Virus record (IMG/VR): IMGVR_UViG_3300045988_138309
Length of the DNA stretch: 56,765 bases
Strand: one strand, 5' to 3'
Origin: a virus
Shown: one piece after another, positions 19,177-29,070 of the stretch
Layout: each line of letters opens with the position of its first letter
Position numbering within the stretch: position 1 is the first letter of the stretch
The notes under the pieces: generated by a model
Databases searched by the model: none
Seen by the model: the letters and a program-made list of their open reading frames with translations, nothing else
What the model was told of the DNA's origin: nothing
Made by a program: the position numbers and the translations under genes

Positions 19177-21042
19177 ATGGCTGAGATCAAGGACGAGTAC
19201 ATTCAGTGGCCGGGACCGGCCACGTTCCCCGGCGTCACTACGACGCCGGCCTACGACCGCTACGCGAACGGGAACACCCTCGTCCACTCCCACAAGGGCT
19301 GGGAGTGGCAGGAGGTCGACTCCCCCTACCAGAAGGCCGCCGCGGCGCTGGCGCAGTCAGCCATCGAGACCGCGGTGCAGCGCGCCTCCACGGTGTTCGG
19401 GACGGTCTACTACCAGCGCGGCAACTCCGCCGACAGGCCCGACTTCGACGGCAAGGCGATCGGGGACACGTGCCGCATCCAGGACCCGCAGACCCTGAAC
19501 ATCGTCGCTGAGTGGCGTTGGGACGGCTCTGGCTGGGAGAAGATGCAGGTCTCCGGCGAGCAGGTCAGCAACCTCGACGTCGGCCGCCTGACGGCGGGCT
19601 CCGCGGCGATCAACGAGCTCGCGGCTCGCAAGATCGCCGCGGACACTGGCCAGTTCCTCCAGCTGACCACGGACCAGCTGACCGTGACCGGCAACGCGTC
19701 CTTCGTGGACGCCACGGCCCGGCACGTGTGGGCCAAGATCGTCAGCGCGAACGAGGGCGAGTTCCAGAAGATCCGAGCCGGAATGATCGCCGCCAACGCG
19801 ATCAGCGCCGACAACCTCCAGGTCGGAGCCCTCGACGGCAAGGTCATTACAGGTGCGACTATCCAGTCGGAGCGAGCTTCTAACCGCGGCATCAAGATCT
19901 CCAGCGCCGGCATGCAGGTGTACGCCTCGAACGGCTGGAAGGCCCTGGACATCAATGCCCAGAGCGGGGACATCTCCATCGCAGGGCGTATCTCGCGTCG
20001 CGACACGTGGTCGGAGGTCTGGTTCAATGACATCATCTCCCGCTGGTCCGGCACGGATGAGTATCAGGGCCTCAAGCACGGCTGCGGCCTGTCCTTCAAC
20101 TCTCTGGAGGACGACTGGTGGGAGGGAGCCATCGGAATCCTCAAGGCGTCCACCGGGGACCCGGCCTTGAGGCTGCAGGGGCCACTGCCGAAAAGATCGG
20201 GCAAGGTATCCCCATACATGACCGTCGGCACGTCGGCAATCGCCATGTACACCCCCGCGGGAAACAGCTCGTTCTCCTTTAACAGCCTGGGGGTAAATCT
20301 CCAGACGAAGTCCGTGTACTGGTGGATGAACGATCAGGGGTTCTCCTACGGCACCAAGAGTGACAATACTCCGAGGTTCTACCTTGACCGCACCTACCTG
20401 GATATCAAGCCCTTTAAGAGCACCGCCACCTCGGGGGCCCGCATCTGGGCCGACGGATCGAAGATCGCGATGCAGTTCAACCAGGCCAATCAGGTCTGGA
20501 TCAGCTCCGAGGGGGTGCACCTGACGGGCAACAAGCAGTTTGCCATGCGGGTGCCTAAGGCCACCAAGGCGCGTGGCGGGATGTGGCTTACCCACTCCTG
20601 CACCGAGTCTCCCTACGATGGGCTGGAGTACTGGGAGAACGTGACTCTAGACGAGTCGGGTCACGCTACCTGGACGCTCCCAGACTACGTGCCGCTGATC
20701 GCCTCCGCCAAGGCCCCGTGGGTTGTCTTCGCCAGTGACGGCGCCCGGGCGGAGCTGGACCGCTCCAACCCCGAGGAGTGGCGTGTGAACGTCACCGGCA
20801 CGCCCGGCTCGACCGTCGCCGTCCTCGTGAAGGGGGCTCGCATGATCGACCACGACACCGACGAGTCCGGCGAGCCGATCATGCGGGACTACGCCCGAGA
20901 GTCTATGTGGATCCTGCCCCCGTCCTCCGGGGTCTCTCAGGGCGGGGGCCCGGAGGAGGGCAATATAGCCTACGAAGACCCAGTTACCCTGGGGGGTAAC
21001 TACTACGGCCCCACCCCGAACCCGGCACCGGAATCAAACTGA
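19177..21042 (+). CDS. Minor tail / receptor-binding candidate
   Basis: 621 aa in the tail tip module. Confidence 0.5.
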   Translation: MAEIKDEYIQWPGPATFPGVTTTPAYDRYANGNTLVHSHKGWEWQEVDSPYQKAAAALAQSAIETAVQRASTVFGTVYYQRGNSADRPDFDGKAIGDTCRIQDPQTLNIVAEWRWDGSGWEKMQVSGEQVSNLDVGRLTAGSAAINELAARKIAADTGQFLQLTTDQLTVTGNASFVDATARHVWAKIVSANEGEFQKIRAGMIAANAISADNLQVGALDGKVITGATIQSERASNRGIKISSAGMQVYASNGWKALDINAQSGDISIAGRISRRDTWSEVWFNDIISRWSGTDEYQGLKHGCGLSFNSLEDDWWEGAIGILKASTGDPALRLQGPLPKRSGKVSPYMTVGTSAIAMYTPAGNSSFSFNSLGVNLQTKSVYWWMNDQGFSYGTKSDNTPRFYLDRTYLDIKPFKSTATSGARIWADGSKIAMQFNQANQVWISSEGVHLTGNKQFAMRVPKATKARGGMWLTHSCTESPYDGLEYWENVTLDESGHATWTLPDYVPLIASAKAPWVVFASDGARAELDRSNPEEWRVNVTGTPGSTVAVLVKGARMIDHDTDESGEPIMRDYARESMWILPPSSGVSQGGGPEEGNIAYEDPVTLGGNYYGPTPNPAPESN

Positions 21043-21052
21043 TAGGAGAACC

Positions 21053-21208
21053 ATGGAAGAGCAGAGCAGCCAGGTCGACGCGATCCTCGTTATCGAGGCG
21101 CTGACCCTGGAGATCGCAGCCCTGACACGCCGCGCCGTCATCGCGGAGCAGCGTGTCGCCGTCCTGGAGGCCGAGAAGGCTAAGAACCGAGGCAAGGAGA
21201 GCAAGTGA
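21053..21208 (+). CDS. 51-aa coiled-coil protein, not in the ORF track
   Basis: AGGAGAA RBS before ATG 21053. The stop overlaps the endolysin start (GTGA). Confidence 0.4.
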   Translation: MEEQSSQVDAILVIEALTLEIAALTRRAVIAEQRVAVLEAEKAKNRGKESK

Positions 21209-22938
21209 GCGTAGGATCCGTTACCGCCGAGATCGCTCGGCGCATCTGCGACGAGCAGAACGTCGGCTACAGCCAGCCCGAGCGCCGGTCGTGGTACGCC
21301 GCGGCCGACGCTCACGGGCGCGTCTCCAGTCCGCAGAACGCGGACTGCTCGAGCCTGGCGTGCGGTGCCATCTCGTATGGCATCCACCACACCTACGGAG
21401 TGCCGTGGGGCCACGCCGCCCTCCTGGAGATCAACGACTACTGGACCGGCAACATGCGTGCCGGGATGGAGTCGCACGGCTTCAATGAGGTCAGCTGGTC
21501 CGACGAGAACCTGACTCCGGACGGCGGCTTCCAGATCGGCGACATCATCCTGTCGGCCGCGAACGAGGGCGGTGTCGGCCACGTCGTGATCGCCGTCGAG
21601 GGCGGCGGCGACCCGCTCGTGGCGGAGGCGTGGATCGCTGAGGACGGCTCGATCGCGGGCACCGCGGGGGACCAGACCGGGCAGGAGACGCGGACCGAGC
21701 GCTACAGCGAGCACCCGCACACTCAGCGCGGCGCGTGGACGAGCTGCCACCGTTTCAGTGAGGCGAAGTTCCTCCAGCAGTGGCCCGCCTTCGCCAAGCG
21801 GAAGGCGTCGGCTCCGGCTCCCCGGCCGGCCGCTCCAGCGTCACAGGCTGCCGCGCCACAGCACGCCCACGGCATCGACATCTCCAGCCATCAGGCGGGC
21901 CTGAACGTGGCAGGCATCTGGGCCGACTTCGTCATCGTCAAGGCGACCGAGGACGACGACTACGTGAACCCGTACATGGTCTCCCAGGCCAACGCCACGC
22001 TGGCGGCCTCGAAGCGGCTCGGCTTCTACCACTTCGCCCGCCCGGGTGACGCGGCCGCGCAGGCCCGCTACTTCGTGTCCGCCGTCGGCGCTCTCCGCAG
22101 CAGGGCCACCCTGTGGCTCGACTGGGAGGACAACGCCGTCGCGCAGGGGCCCGGCTGGGCGAAGTCGTTCCTGGACACCGTGAAGTCTCTGACGGGCTCC
22201 ACGCCGGGCATCTACATGAACGGCAGTGCCGTCAACGGCTACGACTGGAGCGCCGCGGCCTCCCAGTACCCGCTGTGGTACGCGGGCGGCCCGGACTACT
22301 CGGACTACGGTCGGCCCTACTCGGACCCCGCAGTGCCGTCGGTCTCCTACTGGGGCCAGCCGCTCATCCACCAGTACACGGAGGATGGAAGCCTGCCCGG
22401 CTACTCGGGCACTCTCGACCTGAACCGGCTGCGCGACCGCTCGGCCTGGGACCGGATGATTAACGGCGGAGCCGTCACCGCCGCGCCAGCGGCATCCGCG
22501 GCATCCTCTTCGACGTCGGCGAGTCCCTACACCGGCAAGAAGAACAGGTCCGACGGGCAGAGCGAGCTCGTGTGTAACGGGAGCTTCGGCGTCGCCACGA
22601 TCGGCCGGCTCCAGCAGGTCATGGGCACCGCGATCGACGGCGTCCTGGACGAGGACGGCTCGCCGGCGGTTGAGCGGCTTCAGGCGTTCCTGAACTCGGC
22701 CGTCCCGGCCGACACGCAGACCGCGCTGAACGAAGCCTCCCGCCTGGCCGAGGACGGCGTGTTAGGGGCGGCCACGTGGCGCACGCTGCAGTTCCTCATC
22801 ATGGCCTGGCACAAGGAGTACCTGCCCGACGGCTGGGACTTCGCTGACTGGGTCGACGGTGAGGCAGGCACTGCCACGATCGGCGCTCTCCAGCGGGCGC
22901 TTAACAACTCCAAGGCCAACTCTCGGAGGCTGTGGTGA
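21205..22938 (+). CDS. Modular endolysin: Cys/His peptidase-like N-terminus, GH25 muramidase, peptidoglycan-binding repeats
   Basis: NADCSSLA...GHVVIAV; GIDISSHQ...FVIVKATE...FYHFARP...LDWED (GH25); C-terminal GVLG..T...LQ repeats. Confidence 0.8.
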   Translation: MSVGSVTAEIARRICDEQNVGYSQPERRSWYAAADAHGRVSSPQNADCSSLACGAISYGIHHTYGVPWGHAALLEINDYWTGNMRAGMESHGFNEVSWSDENLTPDGGFQIGDIILSAANEGGVGHVVIAVEGGGDPLVAEAWIAEDGSIAGTAGDQTGQETRTERYSEHPHTQRGAWTSCHRFSEAKFLQQWPAFAKRKASAPAPRPAAPASQAAAPQHAHGIDISSHQAGLNVAGIWADFVIVKATEDDDYVNPYMVSQANATLAASKRLGFYHFARPGDAAAQARYFVSAVGALRSRATLWLDWEDNAVAQGPGWAKSFLDTVKSLTGSTPGIYMNGSAVNGYDWSAAASQYPLWYAGGPDYSDYGRPYSDPAVPSVSYWGQPLIHQYTEDGSLPGYSGTLDLNRLRDRSAWDRMINGGAVTAAPAASAASSSTSASPYTGKKNRSDGQSELVCNGSFGVATIGRLQQVMGTAIDGVLDEDGSPAVERLQAFLNSAVPADTQTALNEASRLAEDGVLGAATWRTLQFLIMAWHKEYLPDGWDFADWVDGEAGTATIGALQRALNNSKANSRRLW

Positions 22939-22992
22939 GGTCGTGACCTCGTCGTGACCTATAGAAGGCTCACAGACTCATAGGGATACACT

Positions 22993-23024
22993 AAGGGCGG
23001 GGACTCACGAGGGTCCCCGCCCTT
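22993..23024 (+). terminator. Terminator hairpin between endolysin and holin
   Basis: AAGGGCGGGGAC / GTCCCCGCCCTT 12-bp stem. Confidence 0.55.
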
Positions 23025-23043
23025 ACCTATGGAAGGAGAACAT

Positions 23044-23304
23044 GTGAAGTACGCAACCGCGACGTTCTGGGAGGGCCTGGCCGAGCGCGCCATCTCCACC
23101 TTTGCGCAGTCCCTCGTGGGCGCCTTCGGTGTCGGCACCTCGCTCTTCGGCCTGGACTGGAAGGGCGCCCTCGGCATCGCCGGTGCGGCCGCCCTGGCGT
23201 CGGTCCTGAAGTCGTTCTCCCTGCCCGAGGAGACCGACCGAGCCGTGGCCTCGGCCGAGGTGGAGGCCTACAACCCCCGCCACGCCTCCGGCCTGGCCGG
23301 CTGA
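23044..23304 (+). CDS. Holin (r1t-holin-like)
   Basis: GTG 23044 with GGAAGGAG RBS. WEGLAERAISTFAQSLVGA plus two hydrophobic segments. Confidence 0.6.
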   Translation: MKYATATFWEGLAERAISTFAQSLVGAFGVGTSLFGLDWKGALGIAGAAALASVLKSFSLPEETDRAVASAEVEAYNPRHASGLAG

Positions 23305-23313
23305 GGTAGTCCG

Positions 23314-23802
23314 ATGACCTCGGCAGAGTCGTCCCCGTCGGCAATCGTCGCGATGCTGGCCTCCCCGGACGTGATCGCGGCGGGGACGGCTCTGCTGGTT
23401 GCTCTCATCACCTGGCTCAGGGTCACGATCAAACGTCAGCAGCAGCGCCTGGAGGAGAGGATGACGCGGATGAGCGCCCACGTAGTGAGGGCGGCCAATG
23501 CGGCGGAGTCAGCTTCGGAGGGCGTCCACAACAACCACGACTCAAATCTGCGGGACGACCTCGACTCAAAGTTCGGGAAGGTCCTCGACGGCCTGGCCCG
23601 CCTGACCGCGTCGGTCGACGACCTGCGCGAGTCGGACCGGCAGCACGACGCCCGCATGGCCCGCCTGGAGACTCAGATCGAGGGCGTCCGCAATGACGCC
23701 CGTACTGATAGGTCCCACCTATACACGGAGGTCCAGTCATTACATGATCGTATTGATAGGGTAAAGTCTGAGACGAATCCGTTACGTCAGGAGCCCCGAT
23801 GA
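23314..23802 (+). CDS. Membrane-anchored coiled-coil protein in the lysis cassette
   Basis: N-terminal TM helix (AAGTALLVALITWL) followed by a long coiled coil. Confidence 0.5.
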   Translation: MTSAESSPSAIVAMLASPDVIAAGTALLVALITWLRVTIKRQQQRLEERMTRMSAHVVRAANAAESASEGVHNNHDSNLRDDLDSKFGKVLDGLARLTASVDDLRESDRQHDARMARLETQIEGVRNDARTDRSHLYTEVQSLHDRIDRVKSETNPLRQEPR

Positions 23803-24272
23803 CCTCCCCCACCGCAACGATCACCGGCCGCGTAGTAGGCCCTGACGGCCTGGGGCGCCTGGGCCGGATCACCTTCACCCCCGCCAGTCTCGGAGCCCTG
23901 CTGCCCGCACGCGACGTCGTCGCAGGCCGGACGTCGATCCGCATCGACACCGACGGATATCTAGTAGGCCCTTCGGGCCGGTCGGTAACCATCTCCCCCG
24001 GGAACTATGAGATAGATCTCAATATTCCTGGAGACCTCGGAGCCCATGTCCGGACAACCCGAGCCCTGGCCGACAGTGACGTGCTCAACATCGCCGATCT
24101 CCTCACGGCGGCGCCCGCTCCCCCGCCCCCGCAGCCTCCGAGCCCAGACCCCGGCCAGCCGCCCACTCCTCGGGAACATGGTGTCCGCATTGCGGGACAG
24201 CCCGGTATCCTTGAGGCTATAGATAGGTCGGAAGTCATAGACCTAGGCAATGGAGTACTCACCTGGAGGTAG
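23799..24272 (+). CDS. Hypothetical protein
   Basis: ATGA overlap with the upstream gene; high GC3. Confidence 0.5.
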   Translation: MTSPTATITGRVVGPDGLGRLGRITFTPASLGALLPARDVVAGRTSIRIDTDGYLVGPSGRSVTISPGNYEIDLNIPGDLGAHVRTTRALADSDVLNIADLLTAAPAPPPPQPPSPDPGQPPTPREHGVRIAGQPGILEAIDRSEVIDLGNGVLTWR

Positions 24273-24279
24273 GACGGCT

Positions 24280-26292
24280 ATGGCCGATCTCACATGGTAC
24301 AGCCGTGAAGGCGCCGATCAGCGATTCCTGACGAAGACCGAGGCGGCCGGCCTGGCCTCTAAGACCGAGAGCGCTCAGGGCGACGCCGCCCTCGGCAGCA
24401 GGATCGACGCCGTCGAGGCCGTGGCCGGGGCCGCACTCCCCTCGACCACGGCGGCCTCCACCTACGCCACGAAGGCCGAGGTGGAGGCCGTCAAGCAGAC
24501 CATCCCGACGGTTCCCGCCGCGCCCGACCTGTCCGGCTACGCTACCAAGTCCGAGATGCAGGCCGCCGACGGCGCCCTCGGTCAGCGCATCGACAGCGTC
24601 TCCAGCGCCGCCGCCGCCGCGGCCACGAAGGCCGAGCTGGCTCAGTACGCCACCATGGCGACCGTCTCCAGCACCTACGCCACCAAGGAGGCCCTAACCG
24701 GCTACCTCAAGTCCGCCGACGCGGCGGACACCTACGCCACGAAGGAGGCCCTGGCGCAGGCCCAGCTGGGCGGGGGAGGCCAGGCCCCCGACCTGTCGGG
24801 CTTCGCCACCAAGGCAGAGATGCGCCAGGCCGACTCCGCCCTAGGAGCCCGCATCGATCAGGTCAAGGCCACCGCCGACGGCGCCTTGCCGGCCACGGCA
24901 GCAGCCTCTACCTACGCCACCAAGGCGGAAGTGGGGAGCATCCGCACCCTGGCAGAGGCGGCCCTCCCTAAGACGGAGGCCTCCACCAAGTACGCCTCCA
25001 AGGATGACCTGAAGGGCTACCTCACCTCGACGTCGGCGGGGACGACCTACGCCACCAAGTCGGATCTGGCCGGGGTCCGTGCCTCCATTCCCCCGGCCAC
25101 GCCGGCGCCGGACCTGTCCCCCTACCTCCGCTCAGCCGACGCCGCCAGAACTTACGCGGCCAAGACTGCCTTGGCCGACTACGTCACCCGCTCTGACGCC
25201 GATCAGGTGTACGCCACCAACGACAACCTTCAGCGCGAACTGGGGCAGAAGGCCGGCCTGACTGACCTGAACGACGTTACCCGCCGAGTCGACTCCCTCG
25301 GTGCCGCTCTCTCACCCTTCAAGCCTGGCGAGCGCTACTACTCCCCCGTGACGTACTTCTGGCCCGACTACTACGACGACGGCAAGCCAGGCAAGACGTC
25401 GAAGTGGGCGCAGATCCTGAAGTTCGCCGGCTCGCTCGGCATCGTCATCCTCAACCGCAACAGCGGCAACTGGGACGAGTTCAACGTCGACTTCAAGAAG
25501 CAGGCCGAGCTGGCGCTCGCCGCCGGCGCTAAGCGCGCCGTGTTCTACGTCAAGACCCAGTACCTAGCCGCGACCCTCCCGGCAGGCGACCCAGGCCGGG
25601 CCAACGTCCCCAACGTCGACAAGTACACGCCAGACTACATCCTCGGCCAGATCGAGAAGGCGAAGACCCAGTACGGGGATGTCTGTCAGGGCGTGTTCCT
25701 CGACGAGGCGATCAACGGCTGGGGCACCCAGGCAGGCCGCATCCCCGCCTACAAGTCCCTGATCGACAGGATCCGCGCCAAGTACGGCAAGGACTTCCTC
25801 ATCGTCGTCAACTCGGGCTCGAACATCTCCGAGGACATGTGCAAGCTCGACTTCGACGTCTGCATGATGTTCGAGAAGGACGCGACGGCGTTCCTGAACG
25901 AGGACCCCGGTACCCCGATCCTCCCTGACCACATGAAGGCGTACCCCTCCACGCGCTGGTGGGCCGTCGTCCACGGGGTCACCTCGGAGAACTACCGCAG
26001 GGTCTTCGACAAGGCCGACAAGCTCGGTATCGCCCACCTGTACATCACCGACGGGCAGCTGCGTGAGGACCCGCAGCAGGGCGGCCAGTGGGAGCCTGTA
26101 GGCAACCCCTACGCGAACCCGCCATCGGTCCACATTCTTAAGCTCGTGGTTCCGTGGCTGAAGGGCTACCTGCCCCTGAAGCTGGAGGTGGACGAGCTGC
26201 GCTCCCGGCCGGCGGTCCTGTCCCTTGGGAAGCATGAGGCGGTCCCTGCTGGGACGAAGCCTGGAACGATCATCGTCAGGAAGGACGTGTAG
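24280..26292 (+). CDS. Fibre-like protein with YATK(A/S)E repeats and a spherulin-4-like (GH135-like) C-terminal domain
   Basis: ATG 24280 after GGAGGTAGG. At least 10 repeats of the S/TYATKxE type. The C-terminus (VTYFWPDYY...VILNRNSGNW...FLDEA...LYITDG) resembles the spherulation-specific family 4. Confidence 0.55.
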   Translation: MADLTWYSREGADQRFLTKTEAAGLASKTESAQGDAALGSRIDAVEAVAGAALPSTTAASTYATKAEVEAVKQTIPTVPAAPDLSGYATKSEMQAADGALGQRIDSVSSAAAAAATKAELAQYATMATVSSTYATKEALTGYLKSADAADTYATKEALAQAQLGGGGQAPDLSGFATKAEMRQADSALGARIDQVKATADGALPATAAASTYATKAEVGSIRTLAEAALPKTEASTKYASKDDLKGYLTSTSAGTTYATKSDLAGVRASIPPATPAPDLSPYLRSADAARTYAAKTALADYVTRSDADQVYATNDNLQRELGQKAGLTDLNDVTRRVDSLGAALSPFKPGERYYSPVTYFWPDYYDDGKPGKTSKWAQILKFAGSLGIVILNRNSGNWDEFNVDFKKQAELALAAGAKRAVFYVKTQYLAATLPAGDPGRANVPNVDKYTPDYILGQIEKAKTQYGDVCQGVFLDEAINGWGTQAGRIPAYKSLIDRIRAKYGKDFLIVVNSGSNISEDMCKLDFDVCMMFEKDATAFLNEDPGTPILPDHMKAYPSTRWWAVVHGVTSENYRRVFDKADKLGIAHLYITDGQLREDPQQGGQWEPVGNPYANPPSVHILKLVVPWLKGYLPLKLEVDELRSRPAVLSLGKHEAVPAGTKPGTIIVRKDV

Positions 26293-26795
26293 TGGCAGAT
26301 AGCGTACTCCCCGCATTTAGTCAGTGGTGGAGAGGTAACGGGGTCCCGGACGGCGACGGCGCGCTGATTCGGGCCGGCTCATCGTCGACCCTCTTCGACC
26401 AGTACGCGCTCCCCGCAGGCGGCCGGAAGTGGACGGTCGAGTATGAGTACTCGACCGACGCCGAGGCCGTCGTGTGGGTCGTGGTCAACAAGTACACGAC
26501 TGCGAACGTGAAGATCGGGGACGTCGCCATCCATGACCGGAGGCTGCCCGCTGCGCAGAACGCTCGTGTCGTCATCGACTTCGACCTGCCTGCGGCGGTT
26601 GACGCGAAGTGGCTCCCGTCCATCGTCGTGCGCGAGTCGACGGACGTAAAGTTCAACTACGTGAAGGTCTATGAGACGCCGGTGCCGTCTGGCCCGACCA
26701 CGACCGTGTGGACCGGCACCGATGAGGTCGCGGCATCCGTGACCGTGTGGGACGGCACTCGCGAGATCTCCGCATCCCTAGAGATTCAGGCCTGA
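26292..26795 (+). CDS. Hypothetical beta-rich protein, possibly a carbohydrate-binding module
   Basis: GTG start overlaps the upstream stop by 1 nt; high GC3. Confidence 0.45.
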   Translation: MADSVLPAFSQWWRGNGVPDGDGALIRAGSSSTLFDQYALPAGGRKWTVEYEYSTDAEAVVWVVVNKYTTANVKIGDVAIHDRRLPAAQNARVVIDFDLPAAVDAKWLPSIVVRESTDVKFNYVKVYETPVPSGPTTTVWTGTDEVAASVTVWDGTREISASLEIQA

Positions 26796-26806
26796 GGGAG
26801 GAAACC

Positions 26807-27691
26807 ATGGCAGATGAGAAGACCGGATACTGCGGCCCGTCGCAGGTGACGATCAACATTGGCACGAGCGGTGTCAGGATCAATGACGAGGGCAAGCCGC
26901 AGCCGGGCCCGGACCCCGCCCAGTACGTGACCCGGAAGGACTTCCTAGACGCACTGGAGCTGCGGCCCACCCGAGATCAGGTAGAGACCCAGATTGCGGG
27001 CGTCCGCACAGACGCCGCGAATGCTTCCGCAGCCTCGGTTGCGGCTAAGGCTGTCGCGGAGGAGGCTCGGGCACGGGCGACGGCGGCTGACAGCGCGTCG
27101 TCAGAGGCGTCTGCCAAGGTGAACGCCCTCTCGGCCACAGTGGCGGCCACCCCGCGCCTGCTGCGCCTAGACCGCGAGGCTCTCGTGCCTGAAGGCACAC
27201 CTGTCGGCACGATTATCGTGCGCCCGGCTGAGCTCATCAGCAGCGGCGAGAACTCGTTCCCGCCCGTGACCGAGTGGCCCGGCGTCACTGCATCCCCGGC
27301 TGGTGATGGGGTCATCGTTGACAAGGAGCACACCCCGCTCCACCCGGCGCCGGAGCAGATGCGCTCGGCCAAGGGCACCTGGGACATCGAGATCCGCTAC
27401 TCCTACCCCGGATCGGGTGAGGGCGAGGAGGAGGCCTTGGTGCCTCTGCGTATCGGCCGCCTGTGGGCCGCTGAGGACCTGATCGAGGTTCGCCGCGGCG
27501 AGGAGTTCGTGAAGTTCCGAGCGTTCCCTGGAGACAACAAGCTCTACAAGGCGAAGATCACCCCGATGGAGGTCGACAAGCACATCGGCATGTTCAAGTT
27601 CGCCGAGAAATGGGGGCCCTTCATTGAGTCCCACGAGCCCGGCGGCGTGCCTGTCGTAATCCACGACATCAAGGTCACCGAGGCCGCATGA
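26807..27691 (+). CDS. Hypothetical fibre-associated protein
   Basis: ATG 26807 after GAGGGAGGAAA. Shares the motif P.GT..GTIIVR with the C-terminus of 24280..26292. Confidence 0.5.
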   Translation: MADEKTGYCGPSQVTINIGTSGVRINDEGKPQPGPDPAQYVTRKDFLDALELRPTRDQVETQIAGVRTDAANASAASVAAKAVAEEARARATAADSASSEASAKVNALSATVAATPRLLRLDREALVPEGTPVGTIIVRPAELISSGENSFPPVTEWPGVTASPAGDGVIVDKEHTPLHPAPEQMRSAKGTWDIEIRYSYPGSGEGEEEALVPLRIGRLWAAEDLIEVRRGEEFVKFRAFPGDNKLYKAKITPMEVDKHIGMFKFAEKWGPFIESHEPGGVPVVIHDIKVTEAA

Positions 27692-27706
27692 CGGTAGACA
27701 GACTAA

Positions 27707-27736
27707 GGCCCCGCCACTAGCCAGAGTGGCGGGGCC
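27707..27736. terminator. Bidirectional terminator between convergent genes
   Basis: GGCCCCGCCACT / AGTGGCGGGGCC 12-bp stem followed by TTGTTT. A perfect palindrome GTTTCACGTGAAAC (27739-27752) is adjacent. Confidence 0.7.
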
Positions 27737-27752
27737 TTGTTTCACGTGAAAC

Positions 27753-28913
27753 CTACGAGTAGAGCTCCCAGGCGGAGGCGTTCCCGCCTCGAGCCTCGAA
27801 GGTTAAGATGGCCGGCTTGGTGGAGTCCCCGCTGATGTTGGTCCACCAGTCGGATCCCCGGTCTGCCGACGGGCAGGAGATGATCCAGCGAGAGTCACCG
27901 ACCTGGCGCACGCCGAAGTTGTGCCAGTGCCCGTGCACGAGGATCCTGGCGTCGTAGAGGCCACTCCGGCGGCCGAAAGCAAGGTCCCTGAACCAGGTAG
28001 GCACCTTACTCTGGGAGCCCGCCAGATGCCCGTGCGTGAAGCCGATGCGGGTGCCGTCGGCGGCATCCACGGTGACAGCCTCCTCCCACTTCTCAGGGCG
28101 GTGGAAGGTGACGTGCTCGTAGCCCTCCCGGTCCTCGATGATGTCCTCGATGTTCTTCGAGATCATGATGCCGAAGTCGTCATCGGGGGCGTTGGCGCGA
28201 GCGTTCTTGCCGGTCCCGGTCCTCACGGCGCAGTGGTTGGAGGGGACGGCGACGTAGTAGAGGGATGAGCACAGTGGGGCGAACGTTAGCAGGGCCTCGG
28301 CGTAGAGGCGCTGCACGACGCGGATCTGGTCGGTTAGGCTGAGGTCGTTGGTCTGGGCCTGGCTGGCGACGTTCCAGAACCCCTCGGTCGAGTCCCCGAC
28401 GTCGGCGAGAATGATGCGATTGTAGTGGCCTCGGAAGAGGATGTCGTCGGCGATGTCCTTGATCGCCCTGCGCACGAGCCGGACCGTGTCCTCGGTGCCG
28501 CCGCCCTGCCCGGTTTTCCCGGCCTGAACGTCCGCCATGCAGACGACAAGCGTGTCATCCTCGATATTGGCGGACACCTGAGGAATAAGGGGCTCCTGGA
28601 AGACGGGCTCCAGGTCCTCGTAGGAGAGGCGCTTGGCCTCCTCCATCTCCAGGGTGCCGGGGCGGTACTCGATCTTCTCGTAGGAGCCGTCGGCCAGGCG
28701 GACGGTCTTGCCCCGCTTCGTGATGGCGCCGACGGGGAGGTCGAAGAACTCGTCCCGGCTCAGCTCGTCCCGGCCCTTGCGCTTCAGCGCCCGTCTGTGT
28801 CGTCGCACGGTCGCCTCAGAGGTGTTGAACTCCTCGGCCAGGTCGATGTTCGTCTTGCGCTCGCGCTCGGGGAGCGCGTCATTGGCGATGATCGCCTCAT
28901 CCAGCGGGCTCAT
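27753..28913 (-). CDS. N-terminal HTH fused to a calcineurin-like metallophosphoesterase
   Basis: HTH DLAEEFNTSEATVRRHRRAL. Phosphoesterase motifs: ADVGDSTEG, PSNH, THGH, HGHWH. Motif I is atypical (MADVQ). Start chosen at MSPLDEAII with a GGAGA RBS; the track Met at 29015 lies in AT-rich intergenic DNA. Confidence 0.6.
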   Translation of the reverse strand: MSPLDEAIIANDALPERERKTNIDLAEEFNTSEATVRRHRRALKRKGRDELSRDEFFDLPVGAITKRGKTVRLADGSYEKIEYRPGTLEMEEAKRLSYEDLEPVFQEPLIPQVSANIEDDTLVVCMADVQAGKTGQGGGTEDTVRLVRRAIKDIADDILFRGHYNRIILADVGDSTEGFWNVASQAQTNDLSLTDQIRVVQRLYAEALLTFAPLCSSLYYVAVPSNHCAVRTGTGKNARANAPDDDFGIMISKNIEDIIEDREGYEHVTFHRPEKWEEAVTVDAADGTRIGFTHGHLAGSQSKVPTWFRDLAFGRRSGLYDARILVHGHWHNFGVRQVGDSRWIISCPSADRGSDWWTNISGDSTKPAILTFEARGGNASAWELYS

Positions 28914-29041
28914 GGGTCTCCAATCTAGAGGTTGCTGGGAATACTGAGGACAGTTTATCCCCGTCCCCAACCTTTTCCACAAATCCTTGCGCGTATTGAT
29001 ACCTAAGTTACGCAAGTCACATCAGTGAACTTATGCAGATA

Positions 29042-29070
29042 TTGTCCCCGCCTCACCACCGATGTACAGT
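29042..29070 (+). promoter_or_regulatory. Candidate early promoter
   Basis: TTGTCC, 17-nt spacer, TACAGT, located 45 nt upstream of ATG 29115. Confidence 0.35.
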
